From: Rhodocyclaceae bacterium
Lineage (GTDB): Bacteria; Pseudomonadota; Gammaproteobacteria; Burkholderiales; Rhodocyclaceae
Direction: 5' to 3'
Length of the DNA: 64,000 bases
NCBI GenBank assembly: GCA_023383815.1
Contig: JAHDYG010000008.1
Coordinates: forward strand, 35,474-99,473
Shown here: one piece after another, positions 48,972 through 58,835 of the stretch
Layout: each line of letters begins with the position of its first letter
Position numbering within the stretch: position 1 is the stretch's first letter
Made by a program: the position numbers and the translations under genes
The notes under the pieces: generated by a model
What the model was told of the DNA's origin: nothing
What the model saw: only the letters and a program-made list of their open reading frames with translations
Databases searched by the model: none

Positions 48972-50941
48972 TCCCCGAGCTCGGTCATTTCGCGCTCGTG
49001 ATGGCGCTCGTCCTGTCCCTCGTGCAGGGGGTGGTGCCGCTCATCGGCGCGCATCGCAACCGCCTGGCGCTGATGGCGGTCGGGCGCCCGTCGGCGCAAG
49101 GACAGCTCGTATTCCTGATCGTCGCCTATGCCTGCCTGACCTGGGCCTTCGTCGAGAGTGATTTCTCGGTTCGTCTGGCGGCGACGCATTCCCACACGGA
49201 CACACCGCTGATCTACAAGATCACGGGTGTGTGGGGCAACCACGAGGGGTCGCTGCTGCTGTGGGCGATGTCGCTCGCAGGCTGGACGGTCGCCGTCACG
49301 ATCTTCAGCCGCAACCTGCCCGAAGCGTTCATGGCGCGGGTGCTGGGGGTGCTGGGCTGGATCAGCGCCGGTTTCCTCTCCTTCATGCTGTTCACGTCCA
49401 ATCCGTTCAAGCGCTTGCTTCCTGCCGCCGTCGAGGGGCGCGACCTGAATCCGCTGCTGCAGGATCCGGGCATGATCATCCACCCGCCGCTGCTGTACAT
49501 GGGGTACGTCGGGTTCTCGGTGGCATTCGCATTTGCGATCGCAGCCTTGCTGACCGGGCGCATGGATGCCGCCTGGGCGCGCTGGTCGCGGCCCTGGACG
49601 ACCGTGGCCTGGGTGTTCCTGACCGCCGGGATCGCCGTCGGGTCGGGATGGGCCTACTACGAACTGGGCTGGGGCGGCTGGTGGTTCTGGGATCCGGTCG
49701 AGAACGCCTCCTTCATGCCGTGGCTGGTCGGTACTGCGCTGATCCATTCGCTCGCGGTGACCGAGAAGCGCGGCGCCTTCCGCAGCTGGACGATCCTGCT
49801 GGCGATCGGTGCCTTCTCGCTTTCCTTGCTCGGTACCTTCCTCGTCCGCTCGGGGGTCATCACTTCCGTGCATGCCTTCGCCGTCGATCCGGCGCGTGGG
49901 CTCTTCATCCTCGCCCTGCTCGTGCTCGTCATCGGCATCTCGCTGATGCTGTTTGCCTGGCGTGCGCCGAAACTCGCGGGTGGAGGAAGTTTCGGGCTCG
50001 TGTCACGCGACTCGGGCCTCCTCGTCAATAACGTGCTGCTCGCGGTCGTGACCGGCGCGGTCCTGCTCGGCACGCTCTACCCGTTGTTCCTCGATGCGCT
50101 CAACCTGGGCAAGATCTCCGTCGGGCCGCCGTACTTCGAGGCGACGTTCGTGCCGCTGATGGTGCCGGTCGTCATCCTGATGATGATCGGCCCGTTCATT
50201 CGCTGGAAGAGCGACTCGGTTGCACGGCTCGCGCGCGTAGTGGTGCCGGGCCTGCTGGCGAGCGCCGTGATCGGCATCGGGACCGCGTTCGCGGTCGATC
50301 ATCTGACCTGGCGCACGGCGCTGGGGCTGTCGCTCGCAGCCTGGGTGCTGATCGCCAGCGTCCAGGTGCTGGCACGACGGTTGCGGGAGCGCAAGGGGGC
50401 CGCGCCAGGTGCGCAGCTCCGTGGCATTCCGGCGTCGTGGTGGGGGATGTGGCTTGCGCATCTGGGGGTCGGCGTGTTCATCATCGGCGTGACGATGGTC
50501 GGCAGCCTCGATGCGCAACTGGATGTGAAGATGCAGAAAGGGCAGACGGCGAGCCTGGCCGCCTACACCTTCCGCCTGGACGGGATCGAGGACATCGACG
50601 GGCCGAACTACGATGCTGCGCGCGCCCGCATCGAGGTCTTCCGCGGGGATCGACCGATCGCCACGCTGTCGCCCGAGAAGCGTTTCTACCGTGCGCAGCA
50701 GATGCCGATGACCGAGGCTTCGATCGACATCCGCCTGTTCCGCGACGTATACGTCTCTCTGGGCGAAGAGGTTGCAGACGGCGCCTGGGTCGTGAGCCTG
50801 TTCTACAAACCCTTCATCAGCTGGATCTGGTTCGGTTGCACGCTGATGGGGCTGGGCGGCATCGTTGCGGCGGCCGACCGGCGTTACCGGCGTCTGGCCG
50901 AACGGCGTGCGGCGGTAGCCGCTTCGCAGCAAGCTGCCTGA
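48968..50941 (+). CDS. ccmF: Cytochrome c heme lyase subunit CcmF
   Basis: 657 aa, multi-TM, with the WWD motif [14 protein letters not shown]. Confidence 0.95.
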   Translation: MIPELGHFALVMALVLSLVQGVVPLIGAHRNRLALMAVGRPSAQGQLVFLIVAYACLTWAFVESDFSVRLAATHSHTDTPLIYKITGVWGNHEGSLLLWAMSLAGWTVAVTIFSRNLPEAFMARVLGVLGWISAGFLSFMLFTSNPFKRLLPAAVEGRDLNPLLQDPGMIIHPPLLYMGYVGFSVAFAFAIAALLTGRMDAAWARWSRPWTTVAWVFLTAGIAVGSGWAYYELGWGGWWFWDPVENASFMPWLVGTALIHSLAVTEKRGAFRSWTILLAIGAFSLSLLGTFLVRSGVITSVHAFAVDPARGLFILALLVLVIGISLMLFAWRAPKLAGGGSFGLVSRDSGLLVNNVLLAVVTGAVLLGTLYPLFLDALNLGKISVGPPYFEATFVPLMVPVVILMMIGPFIRWKSDSVARLARVVVPGLLASAVIGIGTAFAVDHLTWRTALGLSLAAWVLIASVQVLARRLRERKGAAPGAQLRGIPASWWGMWLAHLGVGVFIIGVTMVGSLDAQLDVKMQKGQTASLAAYTFRLDGIEDIDGPNYDAARARIEVFRGDRPIATLSPEKRFYRAQQMPMTEASIDIRLFRDVYVSLGEEVADGAWVVSLFYKPFISWIWFGCTLMGLGGIVAAADRRYRRLAERRAAVAASQQAA

Positions 50942-50958
50942 TCGTCACGAGATCGCCC

Positions 50959-51489
50959 ATGAAAGCCAAGTTCCTCGTACCGCTCGCCATCTTTCTGGTT
51001 CTTGCCGGGTTTCTCGGCTATGGACTGACGCTCAATCCACGCGAGGTGCCCTCGCCGCTGATCGACAAGCCCGCCCCCGGTTTCAGCCTTGCAAGGCTGG
51101 AGGCGCCCGGACAGCAGTTCGGCACCGAGGACATGCGCGGCAAGGTCTGGCTGCTCAATGTCTGGGCGTCCTGGTGCGTGTCCTGCCGGCAGGAACATCC
51201 TCAGCTGGTAGCGCTTGCGCGACAGGGGGTGCCGGTGATCGGCCTGAACTACAAGGACGAGCGCGACGCGGCGCTGAAGTGGCTCAAGGATCATGGCAAT
51301 CCCTACGCGCAGACGGTTGCGGATCCGGACGGCCGGATCGGAATCGACTACGGGGTGTACGGAACGCCGGAAACCTTCCTCATCGACCGTGGTGGCGTCA
51401 TCCGCTACAAGCACATCGGGCCGGTCACGCCGGACACCATCCGCAATGTGCTGCTGCCCAGGATTGCGGAGCTGTCGCGTGCCGGTTGA
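50959..51489 (+). CDS. ccmG: Thiol:disulfide interchange protein CcmG/DsbE
   Basis: ATG 50959, 176 aa, with the thioredoxin motif WASWCVSCRQE. Confidence 0.9.
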   Translation: MKAKFLVPLAIFLVLAGFLGYGLTLNPREVPSPLIDKPAPGFSLARLEAPGQQFGTEDMRGKVWLLNVWASWCVSCRQEHPQLVALARQGVPVIGLNYKDERDAALKWLKDHGNPYAQTVADPDGRIGIDYGVYGTPETFLIDRGGVIRYKHIGPVTPDTIRNVLLPRIAELSRAG

Positions 51490-52015
51490 GCGTCCGACTT
51501 TCCAGCGCCTGCGCGCACTGAGCCTGTCGATCCTGTTCGCCGTCGTCGCGCTGGCGGCGACGGATCCGCAGCCTGTCGAGGCCGAATCGTCCGGGCAGGC
51601 CCAGCCGCTCGTCGCCGACCCCGTGCTCGAAGCGCGCGTCCAGTCGCTTGCGCACAAACTGCGCTGCCTCGTGTGCCAGAACGAATCGATTGCAGAATCC
51701 CGCGCGCCGCTTGCCATCGACCTGCGCAATCAGGTACGGGAACAGTTTGCCGCCGGCAAGAACGAGGACGAGGTCATCGAGTTTCTCGTCACCCGGTACG
51801 GCGATTTCGTGCTCTACCTTCCCCCCTTCAAACCCGTGACCGTGTTGCTCTGGCTTGGACCGGTGCTGTTCCTCGTGGCGGGGGGCGGCTGGTTGCTGCT
51901 GCGGCTGCGCAGCCGCGCACGCGAGCCGAAGCAGCACCTGAGCGATGCCGAGCGGGCCCGGGCGCAGGCGCTGCTGGCCGGAGCACCGGCCGAAAATGAG
52001 GAATCCGGTTCGTGA
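51479..52015 (+). CDS. ccmH: Cytochrome c biogenesis protein CcmH
   Basis: LRCLVCQNESI motif. The start is uncertain: GTG 51479 is preferred, and an in-frame ATG at 51446 is also possible. Confidence 0.85.
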   Translation: MPVERPTFQRLRALSLSILFAVVALAATDPQPVEAESSGQAQPLVADPVLEARVQSLAHKLRCLVCQNESIAESRAPLAIDLRNQVREQFAAGKNEDEVIEFLVTRYGDFVLYLPPFKPVTVLLWLGPVLFLVAGGGWLLLRLRSRAREPKQHLSDAERARAQALLAGAPAENEESGS

Positions 52016-52875
52016 CTGCATTCGTGATCCTCGCCGCCATGCTCGTGGCCGGCGCACTGCTGCTCGTCGTGCCGCCGATGCTTGGCGCAAGTGGCAAACG
52101 CCAGATCCGGGCGCGCCAGCGTCAGGCCGAGACTGCACTCGTCGTCCTGCGCGAACAGCTTGCCGAACTGGAAACCGAGCGCGCGGCGGGCCGTTTGTCG
52201 GATGCCGAATGCGAGCGCACGCGAGAGGAGATCGAGTTGCGTGCACTGGAAGAGGGGCGAGCGGCAGAAGGTGCGGACGACGCCCGCCCTGCGCGCGCCT
52301 GGGCCGCGGCCGTCGCGCTCGCCCTGCCGGCGGCAGCCGTCGCGTTCTACGTTGCGCTGGGCGCACCTGCGGCGCTTGATCCGCAGACCCGTCTAGCGAG
52401 CGACGATGGGCACCAGATCACGGTCGAGCAGATGATCGGGCTGGTTGCGCAGCTGGCCGAGCGTCTCGAGCGCGAGCCGGCCGACACGACCGGCTGGCTG
52501 ATGCTGGCACGCTCCTACGCGATGCTCGACATGACCAGTGAGGCGAAGGCTACGTGGCAGCGTATTGGCGCCAAGGTGCCTGACGATCCGAACGTGCTGG
52601 CCGACTGGGCAGATCTCCTGGCTTCGGTTCCGCCGGGCGGCTTCGAGGGTGAGCCGCAGCGCCTGATCGAACGTGCGCTCGGACTCGAACCCGACCATGT
52701 GAAGGCTCTGGCCCTGGCTGGAACCTCGGCCTACCGTGCAAACGATTTCGTGGGTGCCGCCGGGTACTGGGAGCGGATCCTGGCCCGGATCCCAGCGGGT
52801 GATGACGCGCGTGGCCAGGTTCTGGAGAGCGTCAACGATGCGCGGGTGCGTGCCGGACTCCCGCCGCTCGAATAG
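52012..52875 (+). CDS. ccmI: Cytochrome c biogenesis protein CcmI/CycH (TPR)
   Basis: GTG 52012 (GTGA overlap with ccmH), 287 aa. N-terminal TM segment, charged linker and TPR-like C-terminus. Confidence 0.8.
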   Translation: MTAFVILAAMLVAGALLLVVPPMLGASGKRQIRARQRQAETALVVLREQLAELETERAAGRLSDAECERTREEIELRALEEGRAAEGADDARPARAWAAAVALALPAAAVAFYVALGAPAALDPQTRLASDDGHQITVEQMIGLVAQLAERLEREPADTTGWLMLARSYAMLDMTSEAKATWQRIGAKVPDDPNVLADWADLLASVPPGGFEGEPQRLIERALGLEPDHVKALALAGTSAYRANDFVGAAGYWERILARIPAGDDARGQVLESVNDARVRAGLPPLE

Positions 52876-53015
52876 CGTGTGCGGCAGTGGCGGCCCGAGC
52901 GGCCCTCGAGGCCGGATCTTGGCGGTCCTTGCCTCGCGGGCATGGGCCGATGCTATGATCCCGGCAAGGACGACCGCTTCGGTCCGTCGTCGGAGCGTGG
53001 TCGCAGGGGGATCGA

Positions 53016-53423
53016 ATGCCATACGTCAAACGGGATGCGAACGGGCGGATCATTGCGCTCAGCCAGGAACGTCCCGCATTTGACGGGGAGCGTGACGACG
53101 GATGGCAGCCGGTGGAACAGGGAGATCCCGACGTCGTCGCCTTCGCGCAGACCATCGTCGCGATGCCCGCGCAGGCGCGCGTCCCGCCGCTCACGATCCG
53201 AGGCGAGGGGCCGCAGGAGCGGTGTGCAATGGGAGTGGACGAGACCGACATCACCCTCATTCGCGTGCTCGAGGATCTGATCGATACGCTCATCGACCGC
53301 GGAATCATCCGCTTCACGGACCTTCCCGTAGCGGCCCAGGTCAAGCTCACCGAGCGCAGGAGCTGGCGCTCGGCGCTACGCCAGCGGCCCAGTCTGCTCG
53401 ACGACGACGAGCACATGATCTGA
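53016..53423 (+). CDS. Hypothetical protein (135 aa, acidic)
   Basis: ATG with AGGGGG upstream. Composition is coding-like. No family is recognised with confidence. Confidence 0.55.
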   Translation: MPYVKRDANGRIIALSQERPAFDGERDDGWQPVEQGDPDVVAFAQTIVAMPAQARVPPLTIRGEGPQERCAMGVDETDITLIRVLEDLIDTLIDRGIIRFTDLPVAAQVKLTERRSWRSALRQRPSLLDDDEHMI

Positions 53424-53515
53424 GGTGCTGCCGCGCTCCGCAGCGTCGGGTGCAGCAGCGTTCAGCGGAAGTGGGCCTGCGGCGCCCGATCGAACACTGA
53501 GGATGGAAGGCAAGG

Positions 53516-54145
53516 ATGGGGATGAAACGGCTGGCGCTCGGACTGGCTCTGGCGGTGCCGCTCTGGGCATTCGCGCAGGTCAGCGAGACGGTGGGAGGCT
53601 GCAAGATCCGGCGCGGCACCCTGTGCACCAACATGAACCTCAACGGCGTGGATCTGGCGGGTGCGAATCTCGCCAACTCGCAGTTCACGCGCACGAACCT
53701 CGGTGGCGCGACGCTCACCGGAACGAACTTCAACGAGGCCAACCTCAGCAACACCGATCTTCGGGGCGCGCGCCTCGATCAAAGCAATCTGACGCGCGCC
53801 AACCTGCGTGGCGCCAAGCTCAACGACGCTACGCTGGTCGGGGCGTCGCTGTCGGGGGCGATCCTGCAGAATGCCGATCTCGGTGCGGCCGATCTCACCA
53901 ACGCCCGGGCAACGGGGGCCGATTTCACGAACGCCCGGCTCAACGGTGCGCGCCTCGATGGCGCGAACCTCCAGCGGGCGAACCTGCGGGCGGCGAATCT
54001 GCGCGGCGCGTCGCTTGCCGGGGCCGATCTGCAAGGGGCGGACTTCAGTCGGGCCGTGCTCGAGGAGGCTGATCTCACCGGCACAAACCTCGATCAGGCG
54101 ATCTTCACCGGCGCACGCATGACGGGTTGCCGCGGCTGCCCGTAG
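53516..54145 (+). CDS. Secreted pentapeptide-repeat protein
   Basis: Signal peptide MGMKRLALGLALAVPLWAFA, followed by about 30 A(D/N)LxX repeats (ANLANSQFTRTNLGGATLTGTNF...). Confidence 0.85.
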   Translation: MGMKRLALGLALAVPLWAFAQVSETVGGCKIRRGTLCTNMNLNGVDLAGANLANSQFTRTNLGGATLTGTNFNEANLSNTDLRGARLDQSNLTRANLRGAKLNDATLVGASLSGAILQNADLGAADLTNARATGADFTNARLNGARLDGANLQRANLRAANLRGASLAGADLQGADFSRAVLEEADLTGTNLDQAIFTGARMTGCRGCP

Positions 54146-54187
54146 CCGACCGGCGGCACGCATCCGTCCACGTCACCTGGAAAGAAC

Positions 54188-54225
54188 GAACCCCTGCGGC
54201 GGCCTTTTGGCCATCGCAGGGGTTC
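54188..54225. terminator. Bidirectional terminator-like hairpin between convergent genes
   Basis: Perfect 11-bp arms GAACCCCTGCG / CGCAGGGGTTC enclosing GGCC-TTTT-GGCC. Confidence 0.55.
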
Positions 54226-54255
54226 GACGTGTCGAGCTACGAACGGACCGGCGTG

Positions 54256-54597
54256 TCAGGTCCCGGCGCAGCCGCAGCCTCCGCCCCCGCCCCCGCAACC
54301 GCCTGCCTGGGCCGGCGCGCCGGCAGGTGCCGATTCGGGCTGGCTCAGCTGGACGCGGAAATCGATCACGATGTTGCCGGGTTCGCGCGCGACGTAGGCG
54401 ATTCCGATCTGGTTGCCATAGCGCTGCTGGATCTGACCGAGCAGCGGCAGCGGGTCGTGGTCATTCACGAAGCGCATCGTCTCGCCGTCCTGCAGTGACT
54501 CCAGTGCGCCGAAGATCGCGGCGTGGCGGAAGCGCTTGGCGACGCCACGGGCGTCGAAGGGGAAAACATTCTCGTTGAACATGGGCAGCTCACTCAT
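54256..54597 (-). CDS. DUF2249-like small protein with C-terminal Gly/Cys-rich tail
   Basis: 113 aa with GGAGGA 7 nt upstream of the ATG. Core region FDARGVAKRFRHAAIFGALESLQDGETMRFVNDHDPLPL. Tail ...AGGCGGGGGGCGCAGT. The family call is from memory. Confidence 0.65.
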   Translation of the reverse strand: MSELPMFNENVFPFDARGVAKRFRHAAIFGALESLQDGETMRFVNDHDPLPLLGQIQQRYGNQIGIAYVAREPGNIVIDFRVQLSQPESAPAGAPAQAGGCGGGGGGCGCAGT

Positions 54598-54735
54598 CAG
54601 GGCATCCTCCGGGTCGGGTGCGGCCTGGGAGTCTGTTCCTCCGGGTGCCGCAGGGATCGAATCCTAGGCCCGGATCACTGCTTTCGCCTTGAGGCAAAAC
54701 AAGAAACTCGTGCGAAGTCGTGTCTGCGCAGGGAA

Positions 54736-56244
54736 TCAGCGTAGCGCCTCGAAGCGCAGATCGAACAGTCGCGCATCGTCGAAATGGCGTCGTCCGACGA
54801 AGGCGGTCGCGTGGTGACCCCACTGACGCATCGCCCCGGGATCGAGGATCCCCATCGGCCAGAAGAGGAAGCGCTCGCGCCGCTCGGTGCCGGCGACCAT
54901 TCCGTCCGGTCCGAACAGACTGCGTCTCCCGTTTGAAGGGTGGGGCAGGCTGCGCAGCAGTGCTTCGGGCAGCAGTGCGTAGCGTCGAAGCGAGGCAGGA
55001 CGCCGGTCTTCGTCAACGACGCCCACCCGCTCCAGGTAGTGTGTCGCCGAGGCCACCCGCAGGCGCAGCCGTGCATCTGCGTCGAGTGCCGGAAGGGTCT
55101 GCGGCACGAACAGCCACTCTTCGAGCGCGTGCGGTGGCGGGCGCGCCCGTACGAGCGGGGTCGGGAAGAAGAAGTGGTAGCAGCCGCAGCCATGGATGCT
55201 GTCGAACACCAGCGGGGTGCCGTCCGGCAGCACGGTGACGCGCCAGACCAGTGCATCCAGGTGGCCCCCGAGCAGGTCGAGCGGCCCGCTGCGTGGGCGC
55301 TCCGGAAACCACCCGGTGTATACGAGCTGGAACAGGATCCGGTCGCCGAAGAGGGTTGCCGCGCCCCGATAGAAGAGCACGGGCGTATCGGTGTCGATGC
55401 CCGCTGGGCCATGCGCGGGCCACACCGGATGGCCGAAGCGGTCATGTCGGTCCGTAGTGTCGATCTCGAGCCGGGGCGCGTAGTGGTGCGCAAGGCGGGC
55501 GAGTCCCTCCGGGTCCGGATGCGGCAGGCGCAGCGGATTGTTGCTGGCGGCAGCGAGCAGATCGGAGACGCCGGCTGGTGATGAGGACGGTGCGAGCAGT
55601 GCCGGGTCATAGCGCTGCAACGTTCCGCGCCGTGGCAGCGCGTCTTCGGCTACGGAAAAACGTTCCTGCGTGGTGCGCTCGAAGCGGCGCACGCCGAGCA
55701 CGAACGGCAGCCGGGTGAGGGGGTAGAGTCCGAGCATGCGCCGTGCAAGGCTGTAGCGATCCGGCACGGTGGCGGCCGCGACGAGGTGTGCGAAGCGGGC
55801 ACCATCGGCCAGGTCTGCTTCGATGAGGGCGGACCGGCACGAATCCAGGGCCCGCGCCAGGGCGTCCGTGCCGGGCACCAGCGCGTGCTGGATCGCGATC
55901 CGGTTCGTCGTGCTTGCGGGCAGATTGGCCAGTTCCGCGGCACGTCCGGAGGCGTCGAGTTCGCCGAGCCGTTCGAGCCAGAAGCGTCGCGCGGCGGGAC
56001 CCTGCAGATCGTGGCGCAACGCCGAGAGCAGGCGGTCGACCCGCAGGTACGGGAAGGCTTCGAGGTGCGCTGCTTCGGCGTCGCCCACACCGGCTTCGGC
56101 GACTGCCTCGTCGACCGCCTGGAAGAGCGTCAGGCAGGCGCTCGCGGTTTCGCCGGCCGCAACCGAACGCGGCACCGGCGTGGCGCAGGCGCTCAGCAGC
56201 AACGTTCCGATGACAACGCCTGCAAGTGCGCGGCGCGCAGTCAT
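54736..56244 (-). CDS. Hypothetical lipoprotein (502 aa)
   Basis: ATG at 56244-56242 with GGAGAA upstream. Lipobox LLLSAC. This is the C-terminal part of the 1139-aa ORF-track entry. The rest of that ORF is antisense to the phosphorylase gene. Confidence 0.65.
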   Translation of the reverse strand: MTARRALAGVVIGTLLLSACATPVPRSVAAGETASACLTLFQAVDEAVAEAGVGDAEAAHLEAFPYLRVDRLLSALRHDLQGPAARRFWLERLGELDASGRAAELANLPASTTNRIAIQHALVPGTDALARALDSCRSALIEADLADGARFAHLVAAATVPDRYSLARRMLGLYPLTRLPFVLGVRRFERTTQERFSVAEDALPRRGTLQRYDPALLAPSSSPAGVSDLLAAASNNPLRLPHPDPEGLARLAHHYAPRLEIDTTDRHDRFGHPVWPAHGPAGIDTDTPVLFYRGAATLFGDRILFQLVYTGWFPERPRSGPLDLLGGHLDALVWRVTVLPDGTPLVFDSIHGCGCYHFFFPTPLVRARPPPHALEEWLFVPQTLPALDADARLRLRVASATHYLERVGVVDEDRRPASLRRYALLPEALLRSLPHPSNGRRSLFGPDGMVAGTERRERFLFWPMGILDPGAMRQWGHHATAFVGRRHFDDARLFDLRFEALR

Positions 56245-56328
56245 GCTCTGGTTCTCCACGACGATGACGGCGGCCGGGACTGGCGCTTGGCCGCGCCCGG
56301 CACGCCACGACTGGTGTACGCTAGCACG

Positions 56329-57936
56329 ATGAACGAAGAGAACGCCCAACCGCCGCGCACCCGGCATCGGCCGCCCGCTGCCGAAGAAGGCGCCGGCCCG
56401 ACCGCACTGGCACTGCGCCGCGTTGCGATCGATACCTACCGTGAGAACGTTGCCTACCTGCACCGTGACTGTCCGGTGTATCGGGCCGAGGGCTTTCAGG
56501 CGCTGTCGAAGGTCGAGGTGTGTGCGAACGGCCAGCGCATCCTCGCGACGCTCAACGTCGTCGATGACGAATCCATCGTCGGCTGTCGCGAGCTGGGCGT
56601 GTCGGAGGATGCATTTGCCCAGCTCGGTGTTGCCGACGGGCATCCGGCGTCGGTATCGCAGGCCGAGCCGCCGGGCTCGATACCCGCACTCCACCGCAAG
56701 ATCAATGGCGAACGACTCGACCGCGACGACTTTCGCGCGATCGTGCGCGACATTGCCGAGCACCGGTACTCGAAGATCGAGCTGACGGCCTTCGTCGTCG
56801 CATCGAACCAGGGCGAGCTCGATCGCGAGGAGGTGTATTTCCTCACGGACGCGATGGTCGAGACCGGGCGCCGGCTCGACTGGCATGAGCGGCTCGTCGT
56901 CGACAAGCACTGCATCGGCGGCATTCCCGGCAACCGCACTTCGATGCTGGTGGTGCCGATCGTGGCGGCGCACGGCATGCTGTGCCCGAAGACCTCGTCG
57001 CGGGCGATCACCTCGCCAGCCGGCACGGCCGACACGATGGAGGTACTGGCCACGGTCGAACTGCCGTTCGAGCGCCTGGGCGAGATCGTGCGCGAGCATC
57101 GCGGTTGCCTGGCGTGGGGCGGGACGGCGCGTCTGTCTCCAGCCGACGACGTGCTGATTTCGGTCGAACGGCCGCTGTCGATCGATTCGCCGGGCCAGAT
57201 GGTGGCCTCCATCCTGTCGAAGAAGACCGCCGCCGGCTCGACCCATCTCCTGCTCGACATCCCGGTCGGACCGACCGCGAAGGTCCGCTCGATGCCCGAA
57301 GCGCAGCGCCTGCGCAAGCTCTTCCAGTACGTCGCGTCGCGTCTGAACCTCGTGCTCGATGTCGTCATCACCGATGGCCGCCAGCCCGTCGGCTACGGCA
57401 TTGGGCCGGCGCTCGAAGCGCGCGACGTGATGCGCGTGCTCGAATGCGACCCGCGCGCACCGAACGACCTGCGCCAGAAGGCCTTGCGGCTCGCAGGGCG
57501 GATGCTCGAATTCGATCCCGACGTGCGCGGCGGTGATGGTTTCGCGATCGCCCGCGACATTCTCGATTCGGGGCGCGCGGCGGCCAAGATGGACGCGATC
57601 ATCCGCGCCCAGGGCGCGCGTGGTTTCGACCACAACGCGCCGCCGCTCGGCAGGCTCAGCTTCGAGGTGTTTGCGGCCGAATCGGGGGTCGTGACCGGCA
57701 TCGACAACCTGCAGATCGCCCGCATTGCCCGCTTCGCCGGCGCGCCGAAGATTGCCGGAGCGGGCGTCGACCTGATGTGCAAGCTCGGCGAGAGCGTGGT
57801 GGCTGGCGAGCCGCTGTACCGGGTCCATGCCGGCTATCCGGCCGATCTCGAGTTCGCCCGCGAGGCGAGCGCGCGCGCCACGGGCTTCACGCTTGGTACG
57901 GCGGACGAATTGCCGCACGTGTTCGTGGAGTTCTGA
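56329..57936 (+). CDS. Thymidine-phosphorylase-family protein with an extra N-terminal domain (AMP-phosphorylase-like)
   Basis: ATG 56329 inside ORF 55786..57936, 535 aa. Motifs [14 protein letters not shown] and [17 protein letters not shown]. An N-terminal domain of roughly 100 aa precedes the helical-bundle domain. Confidence 0.85.
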   Translation: MNEENAQPPRTRHRPPAAEEGAGPTALALRRVAIDTYRENVAYLHRDCPVYRAEGFQALSKVEVCANGQRILATLNVVDDESIVGCRELGVSEDAFAQLGVADGHPASVSQAEPPGSIPALHRKINGERLDRDDFRAIVRDIAEHRYSKIELTAFVVASNQGELDREEVYFLTDAMVETGRRLDWHERLVVDKHCIGGIPGNRTSMLVVPIVAAHGMLCPKTSSRAITSPAGTADTMEVLATVELPFERLGEIVREHRGCLAWGGTARLSPADDVLISVERPLSIDSPGQMVASILSKKTAAGSTHLLLDIPVGPTAKVRSMPEAQRLRKLFQYVASRLNLVLDVVITDGRQPVGYGIGPALEARDVMRVLECDPRAPNDLRQKALRLAGRMLEFDPDVRGGDGFAIARDILDSGRAAAKMDAIIRAQGARGFDHNAPPLGRLSFEVFAAESGVVTGIDNLQIARIARFAGAPKIAGAGVDLMCKLGESVVAGEPLYRVHAGYPADLEFAREASARATGFTLGTADELPHVFVEF

Positions 57937-58835
57937 TGGGCGTGCCGGAACTGCTGCTTCATTTCGACGACGAGGCGGTGCTCGCGGGGCGCATCGCCGA
58001 GGCGGCCGCTTGCCCCGCGCAGCGGATCGAATGCCACCGCTTTCCGGACGGGGAGCTGCGCCTGCGTCTGCCCGAGCACCTGCCGCCCTCCGTGGCAGTG
58101 CTCCGTTCGCTCGATCACCCGAACGAGAAACTCGTCGAACTCCTGCTCGCGGCACGTTGCGCCCGTGCGCTCGGTGCGCGGTCGCTCACGCTGCTGGCTC
58201 CGTATCTGGCCTACATGCGCCAGGACATCGCCTTCGTGCCCGGCGAGGCAGTGAGCCAGCGCATCGTCGGCGCCTTCCTCGCCGAGCTTTTCGATGCCGT
58301 GATCACGGTCGACCCGCATCTGCACCGGGTTTCCCGGCTCAGTGACGCGGTGCCGGCGCGCGCGGCCATCGCGTTGTCGGGTGCGCCGCTGCTGGCCGGA
58401 CTCGTCGCCCAGCGGCGTGACGATCCGTTCCTGATCGGTCCCGACGAGGAATCGCTCCAGTGGGTGGCCGGCGCGGCGGCCACATACGGCTTCGATCATG
58501 AGGTCTGCCGCAAGATCCGCCATGGCGACCGTGATGTGGAGATTGCGTTGCCGGATGTCCCGGTCGCAGGCCGGCGGGTCGTGATCCTCGACGACGTCGC
58601 GAGCAGCGGCCACACGGTTGCCGTGGCCGCGCGGCTCCTGCTCGCCGCCGGTGCCACCTCGGTCGACCTCGCCGTCACCCACGCGCTGTTCGCGAGCGAC
58701 GCGAGCGAGCGCGTACGCGAGGCAGGCGTCGGCGAAGTCTGGAGCACCGACACCATCGCCCACCCGAGCAACGCGGTGAGCGTCGCACCAGCGCTGGCGG
58801 CAGCGCTTACGGGTTTGTCCTCAGCGTTGCGTTGA
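57936..58835 (+). CDS. Ribose-phosphate pyrophosphokinase (Prs)-family protein
   Basis: ATG 57936 overlaps the upstream stop by 1 nt (TGATG), 299 aa. [10 protein letters not shown] and the PRPP-binding loop [13 protein letters not shown]. Confidence 0.85.
   Translation: MGVPELLLHFDDEAVLAGRIAEAAACPAQRIECHRFPDGELRLRLPEHLPPSVAVLRSLDHPNEKLVELLLAARCARALGARSLTLLAPYLAYMRQDIAFVPGEAVSQRIVGAFLAELFDAVITVDPHLHRVSRLSDAVPARAAIALSGAPLLAGLVAQRRDDPFLIGPDEESLQWVAGAAATYGFDHEVCRKIRHGDRDVEIALPDVPVAGRRVVILDDVASSGHTVAVAARLLLAAGATSVDLAVTHALFASDASERVREAGVGEVWSTDTIAHPSNAVSVAPALAAALTGLSSALR

Noticed and set aside
53580-54120. Strong short-period nucleotide repetition.
   Set aside because: It is explained by the 15-nt periodicity of the pentapeptide-repeat coding sequence. 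It is not a CRISPR array or a tandem non-coding repeat.
54736-58155. A 1139-aa minus-strand ORF, the longest in the track.
   Set aside because: It is a composite. Only the last 502 codons, from ATG 56244 with its GGAGAA RBS and lipobox, look like a gene. The upstream 637 codons are antisense to the well-supported phosphorylase and Prs genes and are Arg/Ala/Gly/Pro-rich, which is typical of high-GC shadow ORFs.
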